64,000 bases of DNA, taken from contig NC_045697.1 in NCBI RefSeq assembly GCF_009834535.1, forward strand, positions 104,038,001 to 104,102,000. Direction: 5' to 3'. The notes under the pieces were generated by a model that was not told the origin of the DNA, did not search any database, and worked only from the letters and a program-made list of their open reading frames with translations. This DNA is from Camelus ferus (lineage: Eukaryota). Shown in pieces: positions 23,051-35,539 of the stretch. A program made the position numbers and the translations under genes. The stretch's first letter is position 1, and every line of letters starts with the position of its first letter.

Positions 23051-26000
23051 TCGAGATTGTTCGTCTAATAGCTGGGCAAAAATATCTACCAGAAACTCAA
23101 AGAATGCTTTGTAAGTGTTGCAAAAAATATCTGAAAAATGCATATTTGGGTAAGAACCATGAGAAATATTCAGGCTGCAATCCAAAGCATTTAGTGATGG
23201 CTATTTTATGTCATTCATTTATTATGAAACTCGAGCACATAGAGTCAAGTTAGCTGCACTCCTTAAAGCAGGACACGCTACTGGTCTGTGCACAACCCTT
23301 GATTGCTTTTCATGTTTTTTTCCTTCATTCTCCTTCCCTGTTTTATTCCCTTTCCCCTTGTGGGCCTTCTCTAACATGTTACTGAAGAGTTTCTCTGTGG
23401 AGTAGGGGCCAACACCATAGAGTAATCACACACTGACACTCACCCAGCTGATCACTCTCTAAACCAGCCTCCACCTCTAACCCCAGTTCCTGCTGTTTCA
23501 CATCCTTGTCAATCTTTGATACTATTTGATTTCTTTTTTTTTTTTTTTGCCTCTATGTCATGCTTTTATGTAAAAGAATACTAACTTTCTCCTTTGAAAT
23601 GCTCACAAACTAAAGCTATTACACACATCTATATAATCAACCCTTAATTATTCAGGAGCCAAACACTGTTTTGTGGTGGGTTAGTTTCTTCATTACCGTC
23701 CTTCTCTTTCTTCATCCTTGGCCATCATCATTATCATTTAGGAAAAAAAAAAGGAAGGTGAATAGACATGGAAAAAAATGTCGATTAAGTCGACAAGTCT
23801 GTTTTATTAGTTATTAAGTAAACTTTTATATGTTTCTTTAAGGAGAAAGTTGAAATTACTGGATAAAACAGTTTTAAAATCATTTTTTAAGTACACGGGT
23901 TGAATATTAAGATTTCAATATCAATATTCAATCAATATTAAGATTGAATATAGAATTAATACTATTTTTTAAAGTATAGTATATGTTGTTTTTATTGAGC
24001 ATTAATTACACCGATAATCTCTAAAGTCAATATGGCTGTTCGCTGAAGTAACTGTCTGCACTACAGATACTTTTGAGAATACTTCAGGTAAGATTTAAGA
24101 TGTTGAATTACATTTTTCTTGCTGAAGCTACCCCTTTTGTGTTGGAGAGGGGAAATACATAATTTGGCTCGATCTATAATGACAAAGTACGGTCCGCACA
24201 CCATCGCTGTTTAACGTGTCTAATCCTATAATCATCTCCGGGTTCTTGCAGGTGTGATGCCTCTTCTTTGGGGGCCTCTGGATCAACGGGAGCTAACAGC
24301 TGTGCCGTTGCCTCTAGGTCTGTTATACAATTAGTCCTGTGATGAACTATGCAGGTTGCTTTATTGCTCCAGAGAACATTTTCATATGCTAGGCCTTGAA
24401 CTTTAAGGAGTCTACAGACATTATATCCCATATGTCACTATTCGGGATAGTTGATTAGAGTACTCAATTTTCAGAGTCTCCAAGTTCATCCTTTTTAGAA
24501 TGAACCAAATACAAAAATAATGATCCTTCTCTTCATTTTCTCTCAAAGCAAATATAAGAAATTTTTGCACTATTTCTTTTTTCTTTTTTTTTTTTTTGCA
24601 TTATTTCTTAAAATGTGAAAGACTGGAAACAAAAATTTCAGCACCTTTGTAAAGAGCTACACTAGTAGCACTTTTTAAAAATAATAGTCAGAAAGTTTTG
24701 GTTAAGGTGGTATTCTAGATCTCAAGGGAATTTAAAACCAGCTTTCACATTTCAAAAAAAAATCAATAAATTGTATTACTAGAAAACCAGTGTTTATATT
24801 AATTTAGGCCATCAACTTTCTTTTCCTGACACACAATATCTCTTCATTTCCATGAGTCTACAATTTGCATATTTTGCCATGCAGATTACTGTCTTAAAAA
24901 AATACAGATTTTTATTTTCTGAGTTTTCTAGTTTTTCTATGATGTTTTTGTCATTTAAATGACCAATACTATAATTTATATCACAAATACCATATGTATT
25001 TATCATTTAAAAACAAGAAAAAGCACAAATGTTATTTTCCTAAGCTGTAACACTAAATAAAAAGAACCATTAGGAATACTGAAAAGCAAAAAAGTTTAAA
25101 GAGAGTTAAGCTCCTCATTAATGAGGAAATGTTAAAAATATTCAATTTATTAAGAGTCTACTCTGCAGTCTTTGTTACAGAAATTCATGTTAAGTTGTTA
25201 CCGTAAGGTTATCTGTTTTAATGCTCTAGAAAGGTCATGACTTTAAATACAAAGATAACAGTAGCAAAATTATTAGTAAAGCATTTTGTGTTTTCATAAT
25301 CTCCGAATTATTAAAACACATTTTTTATGAAGTACTTAAAATACTATTTTCCAAATGAGGCTAACTGTTTAAGCAAGCTCATATATGGAATACATGCTTA
25401 TATTATGCCTCAAGTTATGGCATGAGAATTTTGAATAATATAGTTCTATGAAGTTTGGAAATAAGCCATTTGTTTTAAATTAGGAACTATGACTATTTTC
25501 TTCTTGCATCAATATTCTTTCTAATTCTATCAGCTTTCTTTTGCCAGTCAGATAATGGGTATTTTGAACATTTCGCTACTTAACAAAATGTATAGAGCGA
25601 AGCGGAAGTAGGAAGTATGTGTATACTGGTGGGGAGGGGATACGATGCTGAGCAGAAAGAGGTCTGTGTGGCAGCAACTGGGGGAAATGGGAAGTGGAAC
25701 AGCTGCTCCTTTAGATTCCCAAGAAGGAGACTGCCTGAGGTGGGTCATGGGACAAAAGGATAAAGCGGATGAAACTCTGATGTAAAGCAGGAAAATGACT
25801 GCTGAGACCCTGAGCTTGCACGTGAACCATCTGCAGCTGTGTGGCGAGCCCACTTTAGCTTGTTTCAGAAGCTGGGGATGAACCACGAGACTAGGACGCA
25901 CACTGGCTGCAAGCAGGCCTGTCTGCCCGTTCTGTGTAATGATAACCAGCGGTCCTCTGGGAGGAGGAGGCCATGGTTTCCTTCGTGCCAGCATCTGAGC

Positions 26001-26779
26001 TCACATTAAACAGGAACAGAAGGGTCAATTTTGGGTAATGATTTCTAATCACAAGTAAAGACAACTTCTATTTAGTGGGTAGGGAAGAGCTCTGATCTTT
26101 AAATAAAGAAATGACTCAAATTCCTTTTTTTGGATAAATGCCTTTTTTTTTGACTCAAGGATAAGTTATTAACAAATTAATAATAAGTTGTTCATAAAAT
26201 GTTGGTTTGTTATATTTCCATTATAAAAATATGTGCTAATACAAAGATAAACTTAAGCACTATGTAATTTACATGTAATAGATTTAGTGAATTACAGTTA
26301 TGAAAAAAGTAAGTACAAAGCAGGCAATTTGAATAGATTCTCAATAAATGTTACCTACTTGAGTATCATTGCTGTCATTATTCATGCTAAATATAGCATA
26401 ACCTGTAGTAACAACAGTATCTTACATTTGAAAATTGTTTATAATTTAAAGTGTAAACATAACATTTTTTTCATTTGATTTGCACAGAGATACAGTGAAT
26501 CTGTCATTGTCATCCTTATTTTACAAATAGTTAACTGATACAACATTGTAAAATGACTAACTCAATAAACAAATGTTAAAAAAAAATAGGTAACTGAGCC
26601 TCCAAGAAGTTAAGTGACTAACCTAAGGTCAGCAGCCAGTACGTGGCAGACAGGACTAAGTCCATGGCCTCTAACTTCAGCTCTCACGTGCTCTTGCTAC
26701 ACCACAGTTACCTTCCATGCAGAGACTGCAGTTCAACACCTACGGTCAGTGCAAATATACAATCACTTAACAATGAAAG

Positions 26780-27105
26780 GTATCTCTTATATGTGGAATC
26801 TAAAAAGATGATGTAAATGAGTTTATTTACAAAACTGAAATAGAGCTACATAGAAAACACACTAATGGTCACCAAAGGAGGAAGGGGAGAGGAGGGATAA
26901 ATTAAGAATTTGGAATTAACAGATACACACTACTATATAAAATAGATAAACAACAAGGACCTACTGTATAGCACAGGGAACTATAGTCAATATCTTGTAA
27001 TAACCTGTAATGGAAAAGAATCTAAAAAAGAATATACATATGTATACTTTTATATATGTATAAATGAATCACTTTGCTATACACTTGAAACATTAAATAA
27101 ATAAA
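26780..27105 (+). mobile_element. Young L1 3'UTR fragment
   Basis: TATATGTGGAATCTAAAA...CTACTGTATAGCACAGGGAACTATAGTCAATATCTTGTAATAACC...A-rich tail. Confidence 0.9.
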
Positions 27106-29580
27106 ACAATTTGATATTACTATGTACACTTGAACTATGTGATATAAAGCTGATCTTTATCATGTAACATAGTGTCTAAATAAAATCCTAATTCCAACAC
27201 TTTTTTAAAAGACTTTCACCTACACATTTAACATTTTATCCTATGCTAACTGTAAGTTTGGGATTACTCAGGCCTAGAGCAAAACCCAGAAGTCATGATT
27301 TTGTAGGTGTTTGACCATCTGGTAGCACTTTGGAAAATAATTATTTTATGCATATTAATGGTAATGTAATAGTTACAGTTTTCTATATGTTAGATCTTAC
27401 AGCACAAACTTTACACACATTTTCTTACATAAGTGCTGAGTTAGGGAACAGTATTATTCCCACTTTATAGATGAAGAAACTGATGCTCAGAAAGGTTAAG
27501 TCACTTGTGCGATGTCATGTGGTGAGGTTCCAACCTCTAGCAGCCTGATTTAAACTTTACTATCTTAACTATTTCGTTACCCTCTCTCTCCAAAGAGCTG
27601 TTAAATATTCTCTCTAAAAAGCAGTTGAGAGTTCCTTATCTGAAAAATGGTGGTATTTACTGCCTTTCTTCATGCAGACTTCTAAGAATTAGAGATTTGG
27701 TAGATGTGAGCATTTGTGTCCACCCTAGACAACTCTACCTAAAATATTATGATACCCTATTAAACTGGCTCCAAACTGTCTTCTCACAGTCACGTACACA
27801 GAGCCAAATGAAGACAGGACAGGGTGGAAGGCAGATCAAAGAAGCAATTGCTCTTGCAGACAGCTGATTCAGACTCTACATTAGTAGGCAAGGTCCATCA
27901 GAAAGATTTGTCACATTATCCTATACTGCAAACGTGCAGAATTTTGCAGAGTTGAAGTATGTGAATTAATGCAATGAAGACATAAAGGAGGACAGAGCCG
28001 CAAAGAGCCCCTTTCTTGATCTCTCCTTCACCTTGGCTTCTTAACTTTCTATTTCTCTCTCTCTCTTTTTTTAAATGTTTCTGTTCTTCTGACATGTAAT
28101 TTTCAAGAATGTGTCACATAAGGAGCAAGAGAATCAAAAGTGTTCCTGCCGGAGTATTTGCAGCTATGAGTTCTGGCCTGGCCTACCGGCGCCCCCCTCC
28201 CCAATGCTGGGTTTTATTATGCAGATGAGAGAATTTGGGGGAAGAGTAGGGATGCAAGAAGTAGAAATGATCCTGCTAAAAAGAGCCATGATTTCTTGAT
28301 CTGAGAGAGAAAAATAGGCAGAATGAGAGAGGGGAGGGAGAGGGGTGATTAACCACGTGTGAGTAGAACACAGAAGGGGACTTCCAGGTCCAGGGAGTGC
28401 CAGGAAGATACAGGCTTCGGGATATCTAGAGCTAGACAAATAGAAAAATCTTAAAGATGGAAGGAGAGAGGAGTAGAAAAAATACTGTTGTAGTGAGTTA
28501 AGAATTTTATCTCCTGTTCTTTGAGGACAAGTAAGAAGAAATTGAAATATGTTTTAGGTTGCTGGATGTTTTTTTAAAATATGGTCTCCCACCGAGAAAG
28601 CCACAAAGATCTCGCATTTACTTGGGTTGCACCATGGTTTCAGTGGTAGATAAAAGTCTTCACTTAGGAAAGTGGCTAAAAGGAAAACTTGTTTTAGGTG
28701 TGTTACTGTGGAATCTGCCAAGGCATGTGTATGTCAGTTAGATTATTGTTTACGTGAGGAGCCCACTCTTATCAAGGATGAGTGACTTTTAACGGAGAAG
28801 GTAACAAAAAAAAAAAAGTAGAGAAAGAAACTAAAACAGGAAAAACTATAAGAATCCTCTCCCCATAAACTGTGTCTTAAACATTGCAAATTAAATAAAG
28901 CATCCTTTGTCAGAAATACCTTCTTATGTACAATGCTTTTGCCTTTGTTTGCACCCATTGAGTTAAGAGAATAAGTAAAATTAAATGACAATTGCTTAGC
29001 AAAACCCTAAGTATATATCATTTTACAAATATATCCATATCCTCCATTGTTAATATTTACCAACAATCCATGAGTTGCTAGAATATTTGTGTAACGATTT
29101 CTTTCTGATGCATTGTTTATTTGCATTTTTCTTTGGGACGCTGCTGAGGAGGCTAGAGATTTAGATCAACCACGTATACCAGCTAACACCAACCTCAGAA
29201 ATATCCTAAATTACTCTAATGATGCTGATATGTCTGCAAACAAAGAAATAGCTATTGCTTTGTATATGGAATAACTAAATACTACTACAAGAATTGTGTA
29301 TTATAAGAGTAAACGAAGTATCACTAGGATGAATTTTTCTTTCATAGTATAATTTTTGATAGGCTACGTTATTGCTAAATAATGCGAAGAAAATAATTCA
29401 CTGAATGTACTGAAGACTGAGTAAAGTTTATGTTCCTAAAATTAGGAAGTAGAATGGAGTATTTAGAGAGGAAGAAAAGTCCTGCCTAAAAACAACGCAC
29501 TAAGAGAGGACGGTCCTATTTCTTTTCTTTTTTTTCCACTGTTCCCTCCCCAAACTATTTTTCCCTTTAAAAAAAAAAAA

Positions 29581-29946
29581 TTGAATCCTGGTGATTTACA
29601 ATGTTAGTTTCAAGTGTACAGCAAAGTGAATTATACATATACATACACTTTTTTTCTTTTCAGATTCTTTTCCATTATATATTATTATAAGAAACTGAAT
29701 TTAGTTCCCTGTGCTATACAGTAGGACCTTGTTGTTTATCTATTTTATAGATAGTAGTTAGTATCTGCTAATCCCAAACTCCTAATTTATCCCTCCCCGC
29801 CCTTTCCCCTTTGGTAACCATAGCTTGTTTAGTCTGTGAGTCTGTTTTTGGTTTGTAAATAGAATTTGTATCATTTTTTCTTAGATTCCACATACAAGTG
29901 ATAGCGTATGAAATTTGTCTTTCTCTGTCTGACTGACTTCACTCAG
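29581..29946 (-). mobile_element. Young L1 3'UTR fragment
   Basis: Antisense GTTCCCTGTGCTATACAGTAGG...TTAGATTCCACATACAAGTGA. Confidence 0.9.
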
Positions 29947-31208
29947 ATAACTTTATGGTTGCAATATTTGTTTGTGGAGCTGGCCTAACTTTGCACAAGG
30001 CCTTGAACACAAGGCCGTGATTTTTAGTAAAGTATTTTTCTCTTTGAAATCTGAGGACTTCATGAGATACATTTACTTTCTAAAGTTCAGAATTTACTCT
30101 ACTTGGAACATTTACAGGTCGAAATTGATGATGGCCAAAGGGAATCACCATTTCCTTCCTCAGCACCTGATATACAAGGGTAGCCTTCCCTCTTTAAATG
30201 TCAGGCTGTCCATGACCTCCTGCACAGGTTTATCAGAGTAACTACCGCTTCTCTCCACAAAAATGCCCTTTCCTCACTAGGAGGTGTGTCAGCCCTAAAA
30301 AATCCATTATTTGTTTTTAAGTTAAACTCCATTCCATCATCCAGCAAAGACTGCTTCATCAGCAAGGAATGGATGATCAAATTTTATTCATATATGTGTT
30401 AGCATAGTCTTCTATTACATGTATTAATCATTCATTAATAAATGAAAGCCTTTAAACTGAGATATTGTAGCAAAATTTCAGAGTCCCTTCTGTCTCAAAT
30501 CATCAGAACCATTCATTAGGAATATTTACTTGTGACAGGTTTCTCATAAGCCAAGTTTCTTTGAAAAAAAGTCACATAAAAATCTTTAAATAGATGAACA
30601 ACATTATTGGATGGGAAAATTTTTTGTGAGGAAGTGGTTGAATCTAAGGGCAAGAAACTGAAAATCTGAGAACATTCCAAATCATAAACCTAAAATACAA
30701 ATAAGAGAATAAAACCTGTACAGAATTGATGATGAAAATTAAAAATAGACTGAATTGGGAAAGGCAAATGCCGAATCTGATCCCCACATGATGAAGCTGA
30801 TTTGGGGGGCTTCTTACTTTTCTCCACAGCCACACCGTGACAGAAACACCACTAATGCTTTCAGACAGATAAAGATAATGTTGATAATACTGCCCAGGGT
30901 GGGAAAGTAGGATAAAAAAAGGATTTTAAAAGAAAAATTCTTTTTTTATATGTTAAATTTTTACTGTGTGATTAGATAACCAGGCAGATATGTAATCAAT
31001 AAATCGGAGAATGTATCTGTTTATTAATTAATCATGTAATTTTTTAAATAACATATTCACTAAATAAGGTGCGGGTTTCTAATAGACATCCTGTAAACTA
31101 GAAGCCATGCTTCAGATGGAAAGACAGGCTGTAGTTTACAAACAGAGAATAGATCACTATGTAACATGATCACCTTCACCAGGTCCAGAAACGAAAAAGT
31201 GAAAGGAG

Positions 31209-31356
31209 GAGGTGAGGGTGTAGATCAGCGGGAGAGTGTGTGCCTAGTATGCACGAGTTCCTGGGTTCAATCCCGTGCCTCCATTAAGTAACTAAATAAG
31301 TAAATAAATAAATAAACAAACAAACCTAATTACCATTCTCCTCTGCTTCCTCCCCC
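31209..31356 (+). mobile_element. Vic-1-type camelid SINE with TSD
   Basis: tRNA-Ala-like head with B-box GGGTTCAATCCC, a (TAAA)n/(CAAA)n tract and ACCTAATTACC. TSD AAAAAGTGAAAG(G/A)AG at 31194-31208 and 31357-31371. Confidence 0.88.
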
Positions 31357-32449
31357 AAAAAGTGAAAGAAGATTCAAATGAAAGTCTGAAGAATGTCCTT
31401 TTATCTCCAAAAGAAAGCAGGGCAAAGTGGCTCAAGTAGGATGCTAGGGAGAATGAAAAGATGTGGCCTTCAATCTGAAATCAAAGCAAGATGTCAGGTT
31501 TTGTGGGACTCGATTTCAGTGCAACAGCAAGAACACTCTGGCCTCTGAGATCAGCCTGAGCCGAAAGATCTCCACGCCTCGAATCAGGTCCAACTGCTCT
31601 GTGTCCATCTCCACCCCATCCACAGCCTGTCCACATTTCCCATTCCTTGGTGACTCCTTGGTACTTTTTTCCTGACTCCTGTTTTACAGCTGCTGCCTTC
31701 TCAGTTTTGCTCTTGGCACCTTGTATCCAGACAGGACAATGGATCCTTCATTCGCCCCTCAGCTCTGTCCGCGAGTCTGGCTCAAGTTTTATGCTTAGTT
31801 CCTGCGAGCCCTCAGTTGTGGGTGAGCGGTGTTCCAAAAAGGCAACAATATTCTGCCTCAAGCAAGACCTAGGCTCTGAAGAAAGCCCCTAGTTCTTCCC
31901 ACCTGCAAAGTCTACTCTTGATGGTAGTAGGGAGCCGAGTCCTGGAATATGGCCAGCCTGGTTTTCCAAAGCCTCCACCCTGGCTGGAGAGGTAAAGGAC
32001 AAGAATGAACCAACCTTGACTCTAACCAAGGTACCTTCCTAGGGGAGGGCGGTTGAGATCTCACTGGAAATATCTGCAAGGAGTTCTTTCATTCCAGCGC
32101 AAAACCTGGGGTAGGAGGCAGAAGGATTGTGTTCATGTCTGTCTTTTAGACACACTCAGCTCAGTTTCCTTAGCTTATATGCCATCATCTATTCCTGGTT
32201 TTCCTCTGCCTCCTTGGATACACTGCTTATTCTTCTTTGTAACTCCGTCACCCAGCTTGGCCCTACAACTTTTTCATTCATCACTATCAACTGACTACTT
32301 CCCTCCATCGTCACTACTACTGCTAAAGCCCAGAGACTTGGTTAGGTTAGTGTAAAAATAATAAAAGCTAATAATTATCAAAAGTTTATTCTACACCAGG
32401 AAGGCACTCTTTTAAAACTTTATATAAATTAGCTTTTTAAATTGCCCTA

Positions 32450-32921
32450 TGTATTAGATTCCTAAAACTGAAGTATCAAGGCAAATTCAATGGCTTAAAA
32501 ATAAGGGAATTGATTGTTTCATAGCTTTGAAGGCTATTCTGAAATTGAAGGATTGGTAAGACCGTGTTCTCTCTGGGGTAGGATCAATCCTTCCTGCCTC
32601 TTCAAGCTCCTAGTGGCTCTAGGCATCCCTTGATTTGTGGCACTGCAGCTCCAGTCTCTACCGCCATCTTCACGTGGACTTGTCCTCCGTGTGAGTGTCT
32701 TCTTGTCTTCTGTCTGTATCAGACCTCCTTCTGCCTTTTTCTTATAAGAATCTTTGTCATTGGATTTAGAACCCACCCCAATTATCTAGCAGAATAATCA
32801 CCTCATCTCAAGATCCTTAACTTAATTACATCGGCAAAGACCCTTTTTCTAATGTAAAATTCACAGGTTCCAGGGATTAGAAAGTGGACAACTCTTTTTA
32901 AGGCCACCATTAAACACCCCA
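32450..32921 (-). mobile_element. MLT1C-like MaLR solo LTR, interrupting a MIR
   Basis: TGTATTAG...GGCTTAAAA...GCAGCTCCAGTCTCT...CTTATAAG...CATTGGATTTAG...CTCAAGATCCTTAACTTAATTACATC...CACAGGTTCCAGGGATTAG. MIR pieces at ~32370-32449 and ~32935-33050. Confidence 0.85.
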
Positions 32922-33399
32922 AAAGCAGAGTACTTAGTAGTCCACTGTATAGATGAGGCAACTGAGACTTAAGAGAGTTTAAGGGACTTGCCCAAGGTCA
33001 CATAATTCATATGAATGGGAGATTCACATTTGGTTTATGGCCTCCTTACCTCCAGAAAAACAATTTCAATACTTTTCTGAAAGGAAAATTTTGTTACTTG
33101 GATGTCAAGTATTGCTTCTTCAATCCATTCATGCTAGACTATCCTGTACCACTAACGTTATCTTCCAAAACGAGTTTAGACCCAGTGCCTGGAATGCCGT
33201 CTGTCATGCAGAAGATACTCAAAAAACAATTGGGAGTAAATTAATGAGATCTTGTCACCAGCCTCATCAAAGTCATCCAAAATCCCACACTGCTTAAAAA
33301 ATGAGCTTCATACTCTTCAACAAAGCATTCCAGACCCTCCAACCTTCTAAAAGATTAAAAATACAATCTTGGAATGAATACAGCTTTTCTAAGAATGTC

Positions 33400-34140
33400 C
33401 AGAAGTCATACAAGAAGTTGATAAATTTGGCCACATACATAATTAAAAGCTCAGGGTGGAAAAATTTCATAATAAGATCAAAAAGCAATGGCCAGGAAAA
33501 ATATTAATAACACGTATTATATATATATGCTTACTTTCCTAAAGATAGAAATAGCTCATGAAAAAGCAGGCACTTTCATTTATTGTTGTAGGAATGTAAA
33601 ACTGTGAAGCTTCTTTGAAGAGAAGATTAAGAATAAAAATAAATTTATTTTTAAATTCATCTGGTCTCTGACACAGAATTTCTACCTCTAGGAATTTATT
33701 CTGTAGCGCATCTCTCACTTTGGCACAAAGCCGTTCAATGCTACAACCTTGGTGATAAAAACTGATCAGAAATGACCTAAATGCCCACCAACAGGAGATG
33801 GTTAAATCCATTATGGCGCAACTATACCATGGGATATCATGAGTAGCTTTTAAAACGAGGCATCTCAGTATATGCGTTAGTATGGAAGGAGTTAGCTCAA
33901 GGTGCAGAACAGTGTGTATAAAATGCTACCATTCTGTAAACAACAAAATGGACACCTGTGTATGTGCTTATATGCCCTGCATATATAAGAATATTTTTGG
34001 AAGGATAAACCAGAAACTTGTAACTATATTTGCCTTTGAGAAAAGAACTGTGAGAATGAGTATAAAGGTGGAAGGAAGATTTACTTTTCAGTGTAAACAC
34101 TATTGTATTTGCTTGAATTTATTTTGCCATGTGCTTGCTA
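33400..34140 (+). mobile_element. Old L1 (L1MC/ME-like) 3' fragment
   Basis: AGAATTTCTACCTCTAGGAATTTATTCT, ACCTAAATGCCCACCAACAGGAGATGGTTAAAT...TTATGG. Confidence 0.6.
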
Positions 34141-35453
34141 TGGGCACATGAGAGAGAGAATTTATCAGCTAGTTTTGACCTGATTTTCCTACTTGATCTC
34201 CTATATCTTCATCTTGCACATGACAATTCATTGCTTCTCAAACACACTGATTACATTCATGTTGAATGAGTGTATGTGTGTGTGTCTAATATTCTATCAT
34301 CCTTGACTCTCATACCTTCTCCCAGTAGAAATCCTGCCACTCAAAAGCTCTTTCATGAAACCTCCCTGATCTTCAGTGTTGGAACTAACCACTCTTACTT
34401 CTGCACTCAGAAAACCCCTGCTCATCCTGCTTTGAATTATAGTTGTTTACAAGTTGGCCACCTTCATTAAATTAGCTCCTAAAGGGAAGTGTGCATCTTG
34501 TTGGACTCTCTGTTTCTCATGGTACCTGGAACACAGCTTTGCTAAATGCATACCATTAACTTAAAAATATTAAGCAGAAGAGTCATCTGGGAAGACCTAA
34601 GTTTCCTATGATGACCCAATGTTCAGAGTGATAGAGGAAAACTATCTAGCTCAATTATAGGAATGCTACTTAGCATGAACATCTGAAAGAGCAAATAAGG
34701 GATCTTCAAAGCTGAACAAGAAGTCAATACTCTGCATCAAATAGGATTATTACATGAGATGTATGTGAAATGAACTAGGAAGCTACACTTGCAATATATT
34801 AGAGGTAAGAGAAGAATGAAAGAAAAATAATTTCCATTGTAATATGGGAAAGATAGTACTTGACATATTTTTGTTTGTTTGTTTTTAAGTCAAACACACC
34901 AAGCTTGGTCATAAAATAGGCAAACACTGATTTTTACCATGAAGCAGGCTGCTTCTCAGATTGAGACCAGCAATGCCCTACACCTTTGCTGCCCTCCCTC
35001 CCCCCACCCCGCCAATACAAATGAAAGGTCCATAGCTACGCAATTCACTCTATTGCTTATTGACCACAATCTTTTCTATGAAAAATCTCACAAATCATAA
35101 GTTTACTATATTTTTTTCTTTTACTATTTACTTTTTGCTGTCATTTAAACCCACTTCCTCTTGTCCTTGGTGATGTATATGGGAGTTGGGGGGGTGTCAC
35201 TTTACTCCACGTAGTTAATTTTCATATATCCTAAAGCACTTCATGGTATTTGATTATACATGATCTTCTATAAACAATAAGACCAATTTATTAATGCTTC
35301 TAGAATATTGCTATTCTGCTTTAGTCTCTATAAATAAGTACCCTGATATCAGACCCATCCCACTTCCACTGGCCTTGTAACAACATACAATAAAATCAAT
35401 ATAATGAAATAAAAATTCATAGTGGCAGCGATGAAAAGTCTACTTGAACTTAC

Positions 35454-35539
35454 TGTTAATGCTGTTTCATGCTCTCCAGCAGCCAAGTGCGCTAAGCCCA
35501 AGTAATAGCAAGCTTCTCCTTCCATCTTTTTGTCATTTC
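35454..35539 (-). CDS. TTC29: TTC29 internal coding exon (86 nt, phase 1-0)
   Basis: (G)NDKKMEGEACYYLGLAHLAAGEHETALT, a TPR helix pattern. Acceptor tttgactttAG at 35541-35540; donor ACA|GTAAGT at 35453. In frame with the upstream exon (G|GA = Gly). Confidence 0.96.

Larger units (their letters stand above)
2277..35453 (-). other. TTC29: TTC29 intron, about 33.2 kb (GT-AG)
   Basis: Bounded by the donor at 35453 and the acceptor at 2277. The flanking exons join as contiguous TTC29 protein, so no further constitutive exon is needed. Confidence 0.9.

Noticed and set aside
25548..25994. Longest ORF in the track (148 aa), plus the 142-aa (7256) and 135-aa (60440) ORFs
   Set aside because: No recognisable domain, composition typical of translated non-coding DNA, and no supporting splice architecture.
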